From assembly GCA_965248535.1 (NCBI GenBank), contig CBDFJR010000005.1, positions 2,016,001 to 2,080,000 on the forward strand: a DNA stretch of 64,000 bases, in the 5' to 3' direction. Positions 50,797 through 62,234 of the stretch are shown piece by piece. Both the position numbers and the translations under genes were made by a program. Below the pieces are notes generated by a model. It saw only the letters and a list, made by a program, of their open reading frames with translations, did no database searches and had not been told where the DNA came from. The stretch is from Phormidesmis sp. Its GTDB lineage: Bacteria; Cyanobacteriota; Cyanobacteriia; Leptolyngbyales; Leptolyngbyaceae. The number at the start of each line of letters is the position of its first letter. The first letter of the stretch is position 1.

Positions 50797-51570
50797 TCAT
50801 TCGCCTTCGATCAAGAGTTCAGCCATCACACCATTATGATCGCTCATCTCGATCGCACCTGCGAAGTTTTCCCACGCTGAAACTCGGTCGATTTCTGCAA
50901 AGCCTTGACTGATGCAGATGTGGCTAACGGTTTGGCGTTTCAATGCAAAATCTTTTGTCGTAATACACTCTAGATGACTGCGATCGAGTTGCTCGGTCAA
51001 CAAGTCCTCTACTTCTGGAATGCTGTACCAACCTGACTTGTTTCTCGACTGATTGAAGTCACCTGCAACACATAACGCATGATTGGGATACTTCTGACTG
51101 AGGGTTTCCCAATCGTTTCCTTGGTGGTCGATCGCGGCTTTATGTTTTTCCCAGAGAGCCACATAAGCTTGACCAGGTGCAAGCTTTTCTTTGCTCACAA
51201 CTTGTTCATTCTTAAATGGAATGATGGTTCCATAGACAAGTAGAGGACGATTAGAATCTACCTCTAGGGAAACGCAGGCAGTTTCATAAGTTTGGGATTC
51301 TAGCCGGATTTCTTGGTGAGGAAACCGAGAGCAAATCATCACATCAGCATTTCCCTTAACTTTTATTGACTTATATTCTTGAGAAGTCGTCACATGGTAA
51401 TCAGGTAATAAATCAGCCGCCAGTTGATTGCCACGTATGACTTCTGTAAATATCCAAATATCGGCATTTATTTCTTGAATCTTTTGTTTAATCAAATCTT
51501 TTTTCTCCCGACTACCGGGGGTTAATTTATTGAGATTCCAGGTGGCGATCGTCAACATAAATTTGCTCAA
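50797..51570 (-). CDS. Endonuclease/exonuclease/phosphatase (EEP) family protein
   Basis: IATWN, FTE, AGDFN and MSDH motifs. Confidence 0.88.
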   Translation of the reverse strand: MSKFMLTIATWNLNKLTPGSREKKDLIKQKIQEINADIWIFTEVIRGNQLAADLLPDYHVTTSQEYKSIKVKGNADVMICSRFPHQEIRLESQTYETACVSLEVDSNRPLLVYGTIIPFKNEQVVSKEKLAPGQAYVALWEKHKAAIDHQGNDWETLSQKYPNHALCVAGDFNQSRNKSGWYSIPEVEDLLTEQLDRSHLECITTKDFALKRQTVSHICISQGFAEIDRVSAWENFAGAIEMSDHNGVMAELLIEGE

Positions 51571-51626
51571 AAAAAGGGACGTGATTGCTCACATCCCTAA
51601 TCTTCCCTTGAAGTTAAAGCGATTGA

Positions 51627-54600
51627 CTACTCAACGCCTTCGATCTTGTCCTCAACTTCTTGATACAACTCGCGGAGTTTATCGAGATTCTCTTCGCTGG
51701 TTTCCCAATATCCGCGACCATTGGCTTCTAGCAATGTCGTCACCATTTTACGGAACGAGTTGGGATTGAGATCTAGCAATCGCTTTTGCATTTCATCATC
51801 TTTGATGAACGTGTCATTCGCGTCTTCATAGATCCAATTGTCAACCGCTCCTGCTGTGGCTGACCAACCCATTGTGTTAACCAATCGCTTCGACAATTCG
51901 CGCACGCCTTCATAGCCGTGACTCAACATTCCCTCATACCATTTGGGGTTGAGTAGTTTTGTCCGCGCATCCAGTCGCACCGTTTCCGAAAGGGTTCGTA
52001 CTTGGGCGTTTGCAGTCGTCGTGTCAGCGATGAACGAAACGGGCTTTTTGCCATCATCCCGCAGGCGAGACACAATTTTGGTCGGGTCAGAATCGTAATA
52101 GTGAGACACATCCGTCAACGAAATCTCAGACGAATCGAGATTTTGGAAGGTGACATCCGCCGTTTTAAGAGCCGCCTCAAAAATCTTGCGGTCTTGCCCC
52201 ATCTCACCTGGATTGTCTGACGAAAACGCAAACGACTTGCGCGCCAAATACATATCCTGAAGTTCTGATTCGTTCTCCCATGTGCTGTTCTCAACTGCCA
52301 AATTAATATTCGACGAATAAGAACCCGACGCATTAGAGAAGACGCGAGTCGCCGCTTGACGCAGGTTAATACCCATCTCTTCAGACTGCTTGATCGCGTG
52401 TTTACGAATGAAGTTCATTTCTAGCGGTTCATCGGCTTCGGCTGCCATTTTGACTGCCCGATCGAGCAAGTTCATCTGATTGATAAACAAGTCGCGAAAC
52501 ACCCCCGAACAGTTAACCACGACATCAATGCGAGGGCGACCCAACTCTTCTAGGGGAATCAGTTCGACTTTATTGATGCGTCCCAGCGCATCGGGAAGCG
52601 GACGCACACCGACCATCCAGAGAATCTGCGCGAGAGATTCGCCATAGGTTTTGATGTTGTCGGTGCCCCAAAGAACGCACGCGATCGTTTCGGGATATTG
52701 ACCGTCATTTTCAGAACATTGACGCGCTAAGAGACGATCGACGACCACTTTCGCAGATTTCACCGCCGCCGCCGTCGGAATAGATTGCGGATCGAGGGCG
52801 TGAATGTTCTTACCCGTCGGCAACACATCGGGGTTGCGAATCGGATCGCCACCAGGGCCAGGGAGAATATATTCACCCTCCAGCGCGGTGAGCAACGCAC
52901 CTAATTCGTTATCGGCAATGACCTGCTTTAAGCAGAATTCCAGGTACTCAAACAGAGGCTTGATTTGCTCGACATTCACCTTGGGGTAGCCTGCATTGTG
53001 CAAGGATTCGATCCAAGGCTCTTTCTTGCCCATGTTGAAGAAATTGAGCTTCGTCACCTTTGAGACGCGCCCATCAGCATCGGTTTGAGCTTTGACCATT
53101 GCGGCCACGGCTTCACGAGTCGCCAACGTGATATCTTGCAGCAGTTGCACGTCAGCGAGAACGCCGCGATCGCTGCCTTGATAAACATCCTCCATGTCAC
53201 GTCCAACGCTATTAGCAATGATGCGAGTCAAACTCACGACATCATCTTCAGGACGATCAAGACTCGCAATATTGACTAACGTTGCAACAGCTTCTTCAGC
53301 GCTCGGCGGCTTGCCAATCACGTGTAACCCACAGGGCAACAGACGCGATTCAATCTCCATCAGTTTGATGTAGACCTTGCCAATCACGCTATCTCGTTCT
53401 TCGGCTGTGAGTTCTTTAGCGCTGACCTCCGGCAAGGTGATGTCTTTGTCTAGATTCACAATGCGGCACTGATCTACGATCGTGTCCACAATTTGAGCGC
53501 CGCGCCCCGTATCTTTTAGCGTTTGGTAAGACGCAACCAGATCGCCCAATTCCTTCAAACCCTTATACAGTCCAGCATTCTCGGCCGGAGGGGTTAAGTA
53601 GCTAATGGTTTCTGCATAAGAACGGCGTTTAGCGATCGTCGCCTCAGATGGGTTATTCGCCGCGTAGTAATAGAGATTGGGAATCGTGCCAATCAAACTA
53701 TCAGGGAAACAGTCGCCCGACATCCCGATCTGCTTACCGGGCATGAATTCTAACGATCCGTGAGTCCCAAAGTGCAGCACGGCATCGGCTTTCCAGATTT
53801 GCTCTAGATAAGTGTAGTAAGCCGCAAACCCGTGATGAGGACTCGCTGATCGTGAGAACAACAACCGCATCGGATCGCCTTCATACCCAAAGGTTGGCTG
53901 CACTCCGATAAACACATTGCCGAACTCTTTACCGTAGATCAACAAGTTCTGACCGTCGGTGTTGAGATGCCCCGGAGCCGCACCCCACGAAGGAATCAGC
54001 TTCTCGTGATAAGGGGTGAGTTCTTCATATTCCGGCACCGACATCTTGTAGGCGATGTTGAGTTCGGGGCTATTGTATTGTGCTCTCGCATCGTGCAGCA
54101 CTTCTAGCATCAGCGCTTCTGCCGATTCGGGTAGCGCTGGCACGTCGTAACCGTTGTGCTTTAGCGACTCCATCACTTTATAAATGGAGCCAAACACATC
54201 TAGATAAGCAGCAGTGCCGACATTACCTTTGTCAGGCGGAAAGCTGAAAACGGTGATCGCGACTCGCTTGTTGAGCTTGGGTTTGCGGCGCAGACTTGCC
54301 CACTTCATCGCCCGTTGCGAAATGGCTTCAACGCGATCTTGCAGGGCGATCGCTTTCCCGGTGTTGCCATCTCGACCCGATAGAATAATTGGCTCGATCG
54401 CGCCATCTAACTCCGGCAGCGCAATCTGCAACGCCACTTGAATCGGGTGTAAACCAAGGTCGCTATCCTGCCATTCTTCCGTCGTTTGGAAGACCAGCGG
54501 CAACGCCACCATATAGGGACGATTTAACCGAGTCAGAGCCTCGATCGCTTTAGGATGATCCTGTCGCGCCGGACCGCCGACTAGGGCAAACCCCGTCAGC

Positions 54601-55610
54601 GAGATCACGACATCCACGATCGAGGCATCCCCTCTAATCGGATCGTAAAAGAATGCTTCTACAGGCTTTGAGAAATCTAAACCGCCTGCAAACACCGGAA
54701 CCACCCGTGCGCCCATCGACTCCAGTTCCTGCACCATTGAGACATAGTGCGCGTCATCTCCGGTGACTAGGTGCGTTCGTTGCAGCACCAAGCCAATGCA
54801 GGGCGCTAAGGGATCTTTTAAATCTGAAGAGATATCGGTGCGCGAGTTAAACCAGTTGAGATATTCTTTGACATCCTCATACATCTCAGGTGCGAGCGGA
54901 TGCCAGATCCCTATATCTGGGTAGGTAACGGGATCTTGATACGCCAAGTCACCTGTGGTTTTGATGCCTTTAAACACATAGCGATCGGTGAGCATCAGCA
55001 GGAAGTTCTCTAAGTTTTCCTGAGATCCGCCGAGCCAATATTGAAAGCTCAACATAAAGTTGCGCGCATCTTGCGCCTTATCCATCGGCAAATATTTCAG
55101 CACTTTGGGCAAGGTTTGCAGCAGCTTTAGCATTCCATCCTGAAAACCAGCGCCCGATTTTTCTTTGCGCTTTTTCATGAACTGCGCGATCGCACTCTTT
55201 GACTGCCCCAACTGCGCCATCGAAAAACTGCCCATCTTATTCAGGCGCATCACCTGCGGCATCGATGGGAAAACCACCGCAACATCCAAGTGATCGCGAT
55301 AAGGCTCAACGGCAGCCACCAGTTTATCGGCCAGATCTTCTAAGAAAATCAGCGAGGCGATAAAAATATTGGCTTCAGAAACATCTTTTTTGAAGTTTTC
55401 ATAGTTTGTGGAATCGCGCAATTCTTCAATCAGATAGCCACTGATCTCGATCGCCACATTGGGATGCGCTTTGTTAATCGAGCGAACGGCGGCAGAGAGA
55501 GCACTTTGATATTGTGGCTCTAGCACGACGTAAACCACCTTCACGAGCGACCGACCCTGAAGATTGTCGGGCGAGATGTGTCTAATGGTGGGCTTGACGT
55601 GGGTGAACAT
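51627..55610 (-). CDS. chlH: Magnesium chelatase subunit H
   Basis: [11 protein letters not shown] start, [15 protein letters not shown], ends EDKIEGVE. Confidence 0.98.
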   Translation of the reverse strand: MFTHVKPTIRHISPDNLQGRSLVKVVYVVLEPQYQSALSAAVRSINKAHPNVAIEISGYLIEELRDSTNYENFKKDVSEANIFIASLIFLEDLADKLVAAVEPYRDHLDVAVVFPSMPQVMRLNKMGSFSMAQLGQSKSAIAQFMKKRKEKSGAGFQDGMLKLLQTLPKVLKYLPMDKAQDARNFMLSFQYWLGGSQENLENFLLMLTDRYVFKGIKTTGDLAYQDPVTYPDIGIWHPLAPEMYEDVKEYLNWFNSRTDISSDLKDPLAPCIGLVLQRTHLVTGDDAHYVSMVQELESMGARVVPVFAGGLDFSKPVEAFFYDPIRGDASIVDVVISLTGFALVGGPARQDHPKAIEALTRLNRPYMVALPLVFQTTEEWQDSDLGLHPIQVALQIALPELDGAIEPIILSGRDGNTGKAIALQDRVEAISQRAMKWASLRRKPKLNKRVAITVFSFPPDKGNVGTAAYLDVFGSIYKVMESLKHNGYDVPALPESAEALMLEVLHDARAQYNSPELNIAYKMSVPEYEELTPYHEKLIPSWGAAPGHLNTDGQNLLIYGKEFGNVFIGVQPTFGYEGDPMRLLFSRSASPHHGFAAYYTYLEQIWKADAVLHFGTHGSLEFMPGKQIGMSGDCFPDSLIGTIPNLYYYAANNPSEATIAKRRSYAETISYLTPPAENAGLYKGLKELGDLVASYQTLKDTGRGAQIVDTIVDQCRIVNLDKDITLPEVSAKELTAEERDSVIGKVYIKLMEIESRLLPCGLHVIGKPPSAEEAVATLVNIASLDRPEDDVVSLTRIIANSVGRDMEDVYQGSDRGVLADVQLLQDITLATREAVAAMVKAQTDADGRVSKVTKLNFFNMGKKEPWIESLHNAGYPKVNVEQIKPLFEYLEFCLKQVIADNELGALLTALEGEYILPGPGGDPIRNPDVLPTGKNIHALDPQSIPTAAAVKSAKVVVDRLLARQCSENDGQYPETIACVLWGTDNIKTYGESLAQILWMVGVRPLPDALGRINKVELIPLEELGRPRIDVVVNCSGVFRDLFINQMNLLDRAVKMAAEADEPLEMNFIRKHAIKQSEEMGINLRQAATRVFSNASGSYSSNINLAVENSTWENESELQDMYLARKSFAFSSDNPGEMGQDRKIFEAALKTADVTFQNLDSSEISLTDVSHYYDSDPTKIVSRLRDDGKKPVSFIADTTTANAQVRTLSETVRLDARTKLLNPKWYEGMLSHGYEGVRELSKRLVNTMGWSATAGAVDNWIYEDANDTFIKDDEMQKRLLDLNPNSFRKMVTTLLEANGRGYWETSEENLDKLRELYQEVEDKIEGVE

Positions 55611-55895
55611 GCGGTCAGACTCCTTGAAGGGCGTGTTCTCTGGGGGTAAATCGGCATGGAGCATAAGACCCAGACAAGCAACTCTCGTTGCCTCAGGGTT
55701 GAGACTCAGGCTGACGATAAATCAGAAGCGGCTTTCAAACTAAGGGCAGCTCTGTGAAGAAAGATGAAGCCAGGATTTGACTCAGCGATCGCCAACAGCA
55801 ATTTATCTACATATGTCTTTTTACCAGAAAAAGCCCACCAGAAAGGCATTGTAGGAAATAACTGACACAATTTGATAAAAAACCAGCGCGATCTA

Positions 55896-55913
55896 TTTAC
55901 ACTAAGTTACAAA
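55896..55913. promoter_or_regulatory. HLR1-like (RpaB-type) direct repeat upstream of chlH
   Basis: TTTACACT-AA-GTTACAAA is close to (G/T)TTACA(T/A)(T/A)-N2 repeated, with one mismatch. Confidence 0.55.
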
Positions 55914-55982
55914 AAAGTGAGCATCTACTCACTGATTGACTCGATGACTTAATCGTTATACCGAGGTCGAAGTTGAGGCGCT

Positions 55983-56372
55983 CTACCCGGCTCTCTCGCT
56001 CAACTTAACCATCTGCTCTAACTGGTCTTGAAACGGCAGACGCTGGTTATTGCTATCGCTCACCGCCGCCATCGTCAACCCCAAAACCAGCAGACTGCTC
56101 ACCAGTGCCAGCAAAGAAGCAGGCTTTGAGATGCCAGAGTCGCGCAAAATTCGAGCGAGGGGGCGACTCTGACGACGCAGCATTTGACCTGTCACCCGCT
56201 GCCTCAGCGTAAATGGGTCACGCACATAGTGACCGCTTACGCTCACCACTAATCGCTCACGGCAAGCAGGACACGTCAATAGCCCATTGACCATCTTGAG
56301 CGATCGCAGACCGCTCATTTTGTGACAAACCGGACAAGGAGAAGAGGGACAATCAAAGGTGTCAGCGTTCAT
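55983..56372 (-). CDS. Hypothetical protein with Zn-ribbon (two CxxC) and a TM helix
   Basis: CPVC..CPAC, SGHYVRDPF and LRRQSRPLARILRD motifs, then a hydrophobic segment. Confidence 0.82.
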   Translation of the reverse strand: MNADTFDCPSSPCPVCHKMSGLRSLKMVNGLLTCPACRERLVVSVSGHYVRDPFTLRQRVTGQMLRRQSRPLARILRDSGISKPASLLALVSSLLVLGLTMAAVSDSNNQRLPFQDQLEQMVKLSERAG

Positions 56373-56674
56373 CAGGCACTTCTGCTGTTAAAGACAAAAT
56401 GACAAGATTCTCAACCAGGCAACTCTCAAACCGCAGGAACTTGCAGCAAGAACCCTAACTATTTTGACCTAGTTTTTGAGACACTCCCAAAAATCTAAGA
56501 CACGGATCATTTTTCGCTACGATCGCTCACACTTATCTACTTAGTTTACCCACGTTTTTTGCTGATTGGCTTTCTAGACCTGATAGATTCTCAATTTGCT
56601 TGTCTTAGCTAGGATCTATGACTGACAATGAAAGTGAGAAACAAAATTTAACGCTATTGAGTGATTAGTCCCGG

Positions 56675-58621
56675 ATGCTTCCTGTCCCTCCGCTCAACGT
56701 CTCGCTGCCTGACCCACCCCCTCTATCGCCCACTGCCCCGCTTGCTAGCACCTTAAATCGCCTGCAATCTTCTCCAGAAACGATCGTGCTGATCTTAGCC
56801 GTCGTGATCGGGGGCGGCGCTGGAATGGGTGTGGTGACCTTTCGCTATCTGATCGAGATTCTGCACCATCTAATGCTAGAGGATCTGATGGGCACGATCG
56901 CGCATCTGGGTGCATGGACGTTGGCCTGCGTCCCCATTTTGGGAGGCCTGATCATCGGGCTGATGCGCTGGTGCTGGAAAGATTTTGGCCCGGGCATTTC
57001 TTCACTGATTGCCGCCGTTCAAGCAGGTCAAGAAGTTTCTGCTATTCGTCCGGTGGCTAAAATGGTGGCTGCCGCCGTGTCGCTGGGGTCAGGGGCATCC
57101 CTAGGGCCAGAAGGGCCCAGTGTAGAAATCGGGGCAAACCTCGGCATTCTGTTAGGGCAGGCTCTGCGGGTCTCTCAAGAGCGGCAGCGCCTGCTGCTAG
57201 GAGCCGGGGCCGCCGCAGGTCTAGCGGCGGGGTTTAACGCCCCGATCGCCGGGGTCTTTTTTGCCCTAGAAGTCGTTTTAGGCACGACATTTGCCACCTC
57301 TGCGGCCAGTGTTGTGCTGCTGGCCGCCGTGGTCTCTGCTCTGGTGGCTCAGATTGGTCTAGGGTCTCAGCCCGCTTTTGATCTCCCCGCTTATGAAGTT
57401 CGCAGCCCGTTAGAGTTGCCGCTTTATCTGGGACTGGGGCTGTTTGCGAGTTTGGTCTCGATCGCTTACACCCAATCGCTCAAATGGGCCCAAGACTGCT
57501 TTAAAGGACAGATTCCAGGGTTTGACTGGTTGAGCAAGCTACCGAGAGAAACTCACCCAATTCTAGGCGGGCTGGTGGTTGGGCTGGTCGCCCTGCAACT
57601 GCCCCAGATTTTAGGAGTCGGCTATGAAACGGTCGAAGCCATGCTGCGGGATGTCGAGTTTTCGCTCGAACTGCTGCTGGCACTGCTAGTCGTCAAACTG
57701 TTGGTGACGGCCGTCAGTCTAGGAAGCGGCTTGGTCGGGGGGATTTTTGCCCCAGCCATGTTTTTGGGAGCCACGTTAGGAGCCGCCTATGGCAAGATTT
57801 TGCCCTTTGCCTTGCCCTGGTTTGCCTCTAGCATTGCGGCACCGCCAGCTTATGCAATGGTGGGCATGGCAGCGGTTTTGGCAGCGAGTGTCAATGCCCC
57901 TCTGACCTCGATTTTGCTGCTGTTTGAAATGACGCGTGACTATCGCATCGTCTTGCCTCTGATGGCAGCGGTTGGCTTGAGCGCCTGGCTAGCAGAACGG
58001 CTCAATCATCGCCCAGAGCGAGGGTCAAACCTGAAGCAAATTGAGTCTAACTCTGAGCAAGATCGGGTTCAAAAAGTTCTCAAGTCTATGCGGGTAGCTG
58101 AGGCCATGCAGCAAACTGTGGTGATCTTGCCGCCTTCCCTGCCCGTGCTGCAAGCCGGACTTTCTCTCACAGAGCAACATCTTCACAGCGCTCTGATTGT
58201 GGATGCTGACGCACAACTGGTGGGCATCGTCACGCTGCAAGACATCAACCGCACGATCGCCCGGCTTGAGCACACCCAATCTAAACTGTGCCTGCTCGAT
58301 CAGTCGCTGATGACGCAGCCCATTAGCGAGATCTGTACGAGTGAGATTCTCTACGCTTACCCCGATGAGCTTGTGTATGAGGCCCTCGATCGCATGACTG
58401 CTCGCGGCATTCACCAATTGCCTGTGGTTGCCCGCGAAAGCCCCCATCAACTTCTGGGTTTGCTAACCCAAGAAGATGTGACGCTGGCCTGCGAGCTAGC
58501 GTTAACTCGCGAGTCATTGCTGCCCTATCTGTCACTGCTGACTCCGGCAGAGCCGATCGGGTTAAATTTGCCTGAAGCCAACTTCAATCAGGGGCTTAAG
58601 TCACTGGTTGACAAAACCTGA
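56675..58621 (+). CDS. ClC chloride channel/transporter with CBS pair
   Basis: GPEGP, FNAPIAG and GGIFAP motifs; C-terminal CBS domains. Confidence 0.95.
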   Translation: MLPVPPLNVSLPDPPPLSPTAPLASTLNRLQSSPETIVLILAVVIGGGAGMGVVTFRYLIEILHHLMLEDLMGTIAHLGAWTLACVPILGGLIIGLMRWCWKDFGPGISSLIAAVQAGQEVSAIRPVAKMVAAAVSLGSGASLGPEGPSVEIGANLGILLGQALRVSQERQRLLLGAGAAAGLAAGFNAPIAGVFFALEVVLGTTFATSAASVVLLAAVVSALVAQIGLGSQPAFDLPAYEVRSPLELPLYLGLGLFASLVSIAYTQSLKWAQDCFKGQIPGFDWLSKLPRETHPILGGLVVGLVALQLPQILGVGYETVEAMLRDVEFSLELLLALLVVKLLVTAVSLGSGLVGGIFAPAMFLGATLGAAYGKILPFALPWFASSIAAPPAYAMVGMAAVLAASVNAPLTSILLLFEMTRDYRIVLPLMAAVGLSAWLAERLNHRPERGSNLKQIESNSEQDRVQKVLKSMRVAEAMQQTVVILPPSLPVLQAGLSLTEQHLHSALIVDADAQLVGIVTLQDINRTIARLEHTQSKLCLLDQSLMTQPISEICTSEILYAYPDELVYEALDRMTARGIHQLPVVARESPHQLLGLLTQEDVTLACELALTRESLLPYLSLLTPAEPIGLNLPEANFNQGLKSLVDKT

Positions 58622-58635
58622 GCCGGCCCAAGCTT

Positions 58636-58746
58636 TTATTTGTTACGGGCTGTCCAAATGCCCGTAAACATCATCAACATGCCGCCGACAAAAATGGCGA
58701 TCGCGAGTCCGGCGGGCACCACGGTCATCCAATCAACAGTCTCCAT
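58636..58746 (-). CDS. Small single-TM protein (36 aa)
   Basis: METVDWMTVVPAGLAIAIFVGGMLMMFTGIWTARNK*; below the ORF-track cutoff. Confidence 0.65.
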   Translation of the reverse strand: METVDWMTVVPAGLAIAIFVGGMLMMFTGIWTARNK

Positions 58747-58875
58747 AAGATTGAATTAGCAAAAAACTACAAGGTCAACGATCGTGGAGGGTAAGCACCA
58801 CTCTCTCACCTTAATACAGTTGATAGGAATTGCCGAGAGAATCTTGATCGCGATGATCATCAAGAGAGCCATCCT

Positions 58876-59271
58876 CTAAGATGCTTCATCCTCTTGCCGC
58901 TCAACTTGACGCAGGTGAATGTGCTTCCGTCCCAGAGAAATTTCAAACTCATCGCCGGGGTGCAGTTCCATTTGTTTTGTGTAGGCAGCACCAATCAACA
59001 AGTTCCCATTAGATTGAACGCTGATTCGATAGCTAGCGCTGCGCCCACCACGCCCGTTGGTGTTTTGTCGCCCGTCGAGTTCAATTCCTTCTGCATCGAT
59101 CAACGCATTGAGGAACTTCATCATATTGACTCGCTCAACCCCGTTTTTAGTCACGGTGTAGTAGCCACACTCACGCGCCTTTTCCTCTTTGCTAAGAGTT
59201 TCTAGCTCTTTTACTTTTTTGAGAAGGGTTTCACCGATAAGAGGCTCAATCTTTTTCTTTTTAGTCATCAA
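58876..59271 (-). CDS. Cyanobacterial AbrB-like transcriptional regulator (cyAbrB)
   Basis: A..CGYY, F.NAL..A.GI and GR.ASYRISVQSNGNLLIGAAYT motifs. Confidence 0.95.
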   Translation of the reverse strand: MMTKKKKIEPLIGETLLKKVKELETLSKEEKARECGYYTVTKNGVERVNMMKFLNALIDAEGIELDGRQNTNGRGGRSASYRISVQSNGNLLIGAAYTKQMELHPGDEFEISLGRKHIHLRQVERQEDEAS

Positions 59272-59777
59272 CTTGAGTCTGAAATAATGACAATGAGTTT
59301 GCTTGACTTGACCTTGCTAACTTGCTTTCAGAAACTTTTCCTGACTCAATGTTAGCCGTTTGACTCATATTACACTGATGCTGTGATTTTTTTACATCCG
59401 ATTTTTCAGAAACTTGCCAAGTCAATCGAGACAGATTTCAAGACACTTCAATGCTCATTTTTTAAATCAGAGGCTTGCAGAGAAATCTAGTGAATAATGG
59501 GGTTTTCTATCGATGATGCGCGTCGGGTTACATTTCTTCAAACCCACTCTGTTGATCAATTAGCAATTTGATCTTTGTCATTGAATGCAGCCTAGAGAAT
59601 TCAACTAATAAGATTTGACTAATGGAAACCATGAGCTTTTTGCGAGTGTTTATTGCACTGGGTTGAAGACAACTATTGGCCATTTGCGCGCGGGTTGCTT
59701 GAGAATCTAACGTTCAGAAAACAAAACCCAGCGATCGTATCTGCTGGGCGAGTTAGGGGATTAAAAGACCTATCCAA

Positions 59778-59895
59778 TAAAAAAGAGCGGGAAGACTGGA
59801 TCGGCTCGACTCCACCCTATCGGTTGAGCGCCACAATTGCGGGCATTCAGATAGGGTGACGTGGGACGGATCACAGCAATCAACTCGCTCTTACC
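59778..59895. ncRNA. Unassigned long hairpin RNA candidate
   Basis: Nested stems AAGAGCGGG/CTCGCTCTT, GATC/GATC, CACCCTATC/GATAGGGTG and TGAGCGCC/GGCATTCA. Confidence 0.5.
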
Positions 59896-60138
59896 ATTCA
59901 TTCACCTGTGGTCACAGCGTAGCGAGCAGGCTTGTCAATTCCATGTTTCAGGCGTGAACTTGCAATGACGGTTAAATCGACTCAGAAATGGGGAGCAAAT
60001 TGACTGGGGTGAGCGTCAACAGCCTCGATCGGGGTGAGGTTCATGGCGGTGTGATGCGATCGCTACCCGATTGTCATAAAAACCGTCTAGAGTCGAGCTA
60101 CTAAATTTATGTTTAATAGTAAGGAGAGTTAAAACTTA

Positions 60139-61398
60139 ATGAAGATGCCCCACGATTCAGATCCTCATTCACCTAATCAACCCCGCAGATTTTCTTGGAA
60201 GCAGCCCGCGATCTATCTAATGCTGCCGATCGTGGGAGCCGGAGCCGCTTTAATGGGCGATCGTTGGCTAGCGTCATCAAACCCGATGCCTGCGGTGCAG
60301 CCTGCTCTGGCTCAAGCTGCTGAGATGCAAGTGGCTCAGAGCCGCACGGGGGCTATTGTTTCGGCTACAGACCCTAACTTTATCGCGGCAGCCGTTGAGC
60401 GAGTCGGCCCCGCTGTCGTGCGGATCAATTCGTCTCGGACGGTTAAAACTCAGATTCCGCCCATTTTTAATGATCCCTTTTTCCGGCAATTTTTTGGCTC
60501 AGAGTTGCCCGATACCCCGTCTACTAGAGTGGAGCGCGGCACAGGCTCAGGCTTTATTATTGGGGAAGGGTTAATTTTAACCAACTCCCATGTGGTGAAT
60601 GGCGCAGATACCGTATCGGTCAAACTCAAAGATGGGCGAGAGTTTCAGGGCAAGGTGTTGGGTCAAGACCCAGTGACAGATGTAGCGGTGGTCAAAATTC
60701 AGGCGACTAATCTGCCCGTGGTGACTTTAGGAAACTCCGATCAACTGCGTCCGGGAGAGTGGGCGATCGCCATTGGCAATCCACTAGGGTTAGATAACAC
60801 GGTCACCGCTGGAATCATTAGCGCCACAGGTCGCACCAGTGCTGAGGTGCGCGTTCCTGACAAGCGGGTGAGCTTTATTCAAACCGATGCGGCGATCAAC
60901 CCTGGCAATTCTGGTGGGCCGTTATTAAACCAGCGCGGTGAAGTGATTGGGATGAACACTGCGATTATTGGGGGCGGTGCTCAGGGGCTGGGGTTTGCGA
61001 TTCCGATCAATACGGCTCAAAAGATTTCGCAGCAGTTGATTGCCACCGGAAAAGTGAATCATCCCTATTTGGGAATTCGGATGACGACGCTGACTCCTGA
61101 GCTAAGAAAACAGGTAAACAGCGATCGAGAAGCCAATCTCACCGTGCAGGACGATCGCGGCATCTTGATCTACAGCGTCATGAAAAATTCTCCGGCGGCG
61201 CGGGCTGGGCTGCGGGCTGGCGATGTGATTAAGAAGGTCAACGGTCAAGCGGTCGAGACAGCCGACCAAGTGCAAAATGCGGTAGAAGCCAGTTCTATAG
61301 GCGGATCACTGCAAGTAGATGTGAGTCGCAACGGTCGATCGACGACGATCGCAGTGCAGCCCGGCGCGTTTCCGACTCAGACGGCTCAAAGTGAATAA
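60139..61398 (+). CDS. HtrA/HhoA/HhoB serine protease with PDZ domain
   Basis: GTGSGFI, TNSHVV and AAINPGNSGGPL motifs; PDZ domain. Confidence 0.96.
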   Translation: MKMPHDSDPHSPNQPRRFSWKQPAIYLMLPIVGAGAALMGDRWLASSNPMPAVQPALAQAAEMQVAQSRTGAIVSATDPNFIAAAVERVGPAVVRINSSRTVKTQIPPIFNDPFFRQFFGSELPDTPSTRVERGTGSGFIIGEGLILTNSHVVNGADTVSVKLKDGREFQGKVLGQDPVTDVAVVKIQATNLPVVTLGNSDQLRPGEWAIAIGNPLGLDNTVTAGIISATGRTSAEVRVPDKRVSFIQTDAAINPGNSGGPLLNQRGEVIGMNTAIIGGGAQGLGFAIPINTAQKISQQLIATGKVNHPYLGIRMTTLTPELRKQVNSDREANLTVQDDRGILIYSVMKNSPAARAGLRAGDVIKKVNGQAVETADQVQNAVEASSIGGSLQVDVSRNGRSTTIAVQPGAFPTQTAQSE

Positions 61399-61495
61399 GG
61401 GGCATCCCTAGAATCGGCACTGCCCTAGATCCACGTCAGGGCGGTGTCGTGTCTATGGTTTTTGTCTGCCACCACTAGGATTTAGTCTACGTTCT

Positions 61496-62113
61496 TTAGA
61501 CGGTGGGCACCGCGTAGTAAATAATGGCGAGAAATTGAATCGGTAGCTCAATCAGCCTTTCGGGGCCGTGAGGCACCTCTCCTCGAAAGCTTAAAGAATC
61601 GCCTGGCTCTAACAAATAGGTGTGAATTCCGTGACGGTATTCTAGTTTGCCTTGCAGCAGGTAAAGAAACTCAATGCCGGGATGCTCAAACGTCGGAAAC
61701 ACCTCAGACGCATCATCCATGGTGATCAAAAACGGCTCAAATAACTTCGTTGGGCCCTGATCGTAGGCCAACAAATGATAAGTGTGTCCGCGTTTTGTGC
61801 CGCGTCTGACGACTTCCATGCCCTCGCCCTGCTTGACCAACTGCGCGCCGCCTGCTGGCATATTGTAGTTACGAAACAGCGTTGATAGAGACACCCCTAA
61901 CGCCGTGGCCAACCTCCCGATCGTGTCTAAGCTGGTCGCAGTTTGAGCATTTTCAATTTTGGACAACATGCCGCGAGAGATGCTTACCTGTTCGGCGACT
62001 TCAGCGATCGTCAAGCCATGTTTTTGTCGCAGACCTCGAATGGCGTTGCCTAAATATCGCTCTAAAGAGTTACTAGAAAGGGCTTCTGTGCTTTTTGCTG
62101 GAGCTTCTGTCAT
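61496..62113 (-). CDS. XRE-family HTH-cupin transcriptional regulator
   Basis: HTH (LTIAEVAEQVSISRGMLSKIEN) plus cupin (HPGIEF..L.PGDS..F.GEVPHG); divergent from the sox/mgd genes. Confidence 0.92.
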   Translation of the reverse strand: MTEAPAKSTEALSSNSLERYLGNAIRGLRQKHGLTIAEVAEQVSISRGMLSKIENAQTATSLDTIGRLATALGVSLSTLFRNYNMPAGGAQLVKQGEGMEVVRRGTKRGHTYHLLAYDQGPTKLFEPFLITMDDASEVFPTFEHPGIEFLYLLQGKLEYRHGIHTYLLEPGDSLSFRGEVPHGPERLIELPIQFLAIIYYAVPTV

Positions 62114-62155
62114 GATAATTTTTCTCGATCGCCTTGCTTAATGTGAATCATAGCA

Positions 62156-62211
62156 AGAAACTTTGTTGACAACTATGAAACTTCGATCCATGATGGTTAC
62201 CAAAGTTTTCT
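62156..62211 (+). promoter_or_regulatory. Sigma70-type promoter with repeated operator-like motifs
   Basis: TTGACA(62166)-17 nt-CATGAT(62189); GAAACTT at 62157 and 62177, inverted CAAAGTTTTCT at 62201. Confidence 0.6.
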
Positions 62212-62234
62212 GGTGAAGACTTGCAGGAGTTGTC

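Noticed and set aside
59778..59895. SRP RNA (ffs)
   Set aside because: The conserved CAGG-GGAA-AGCAG domain IV motif is absent on both strands.
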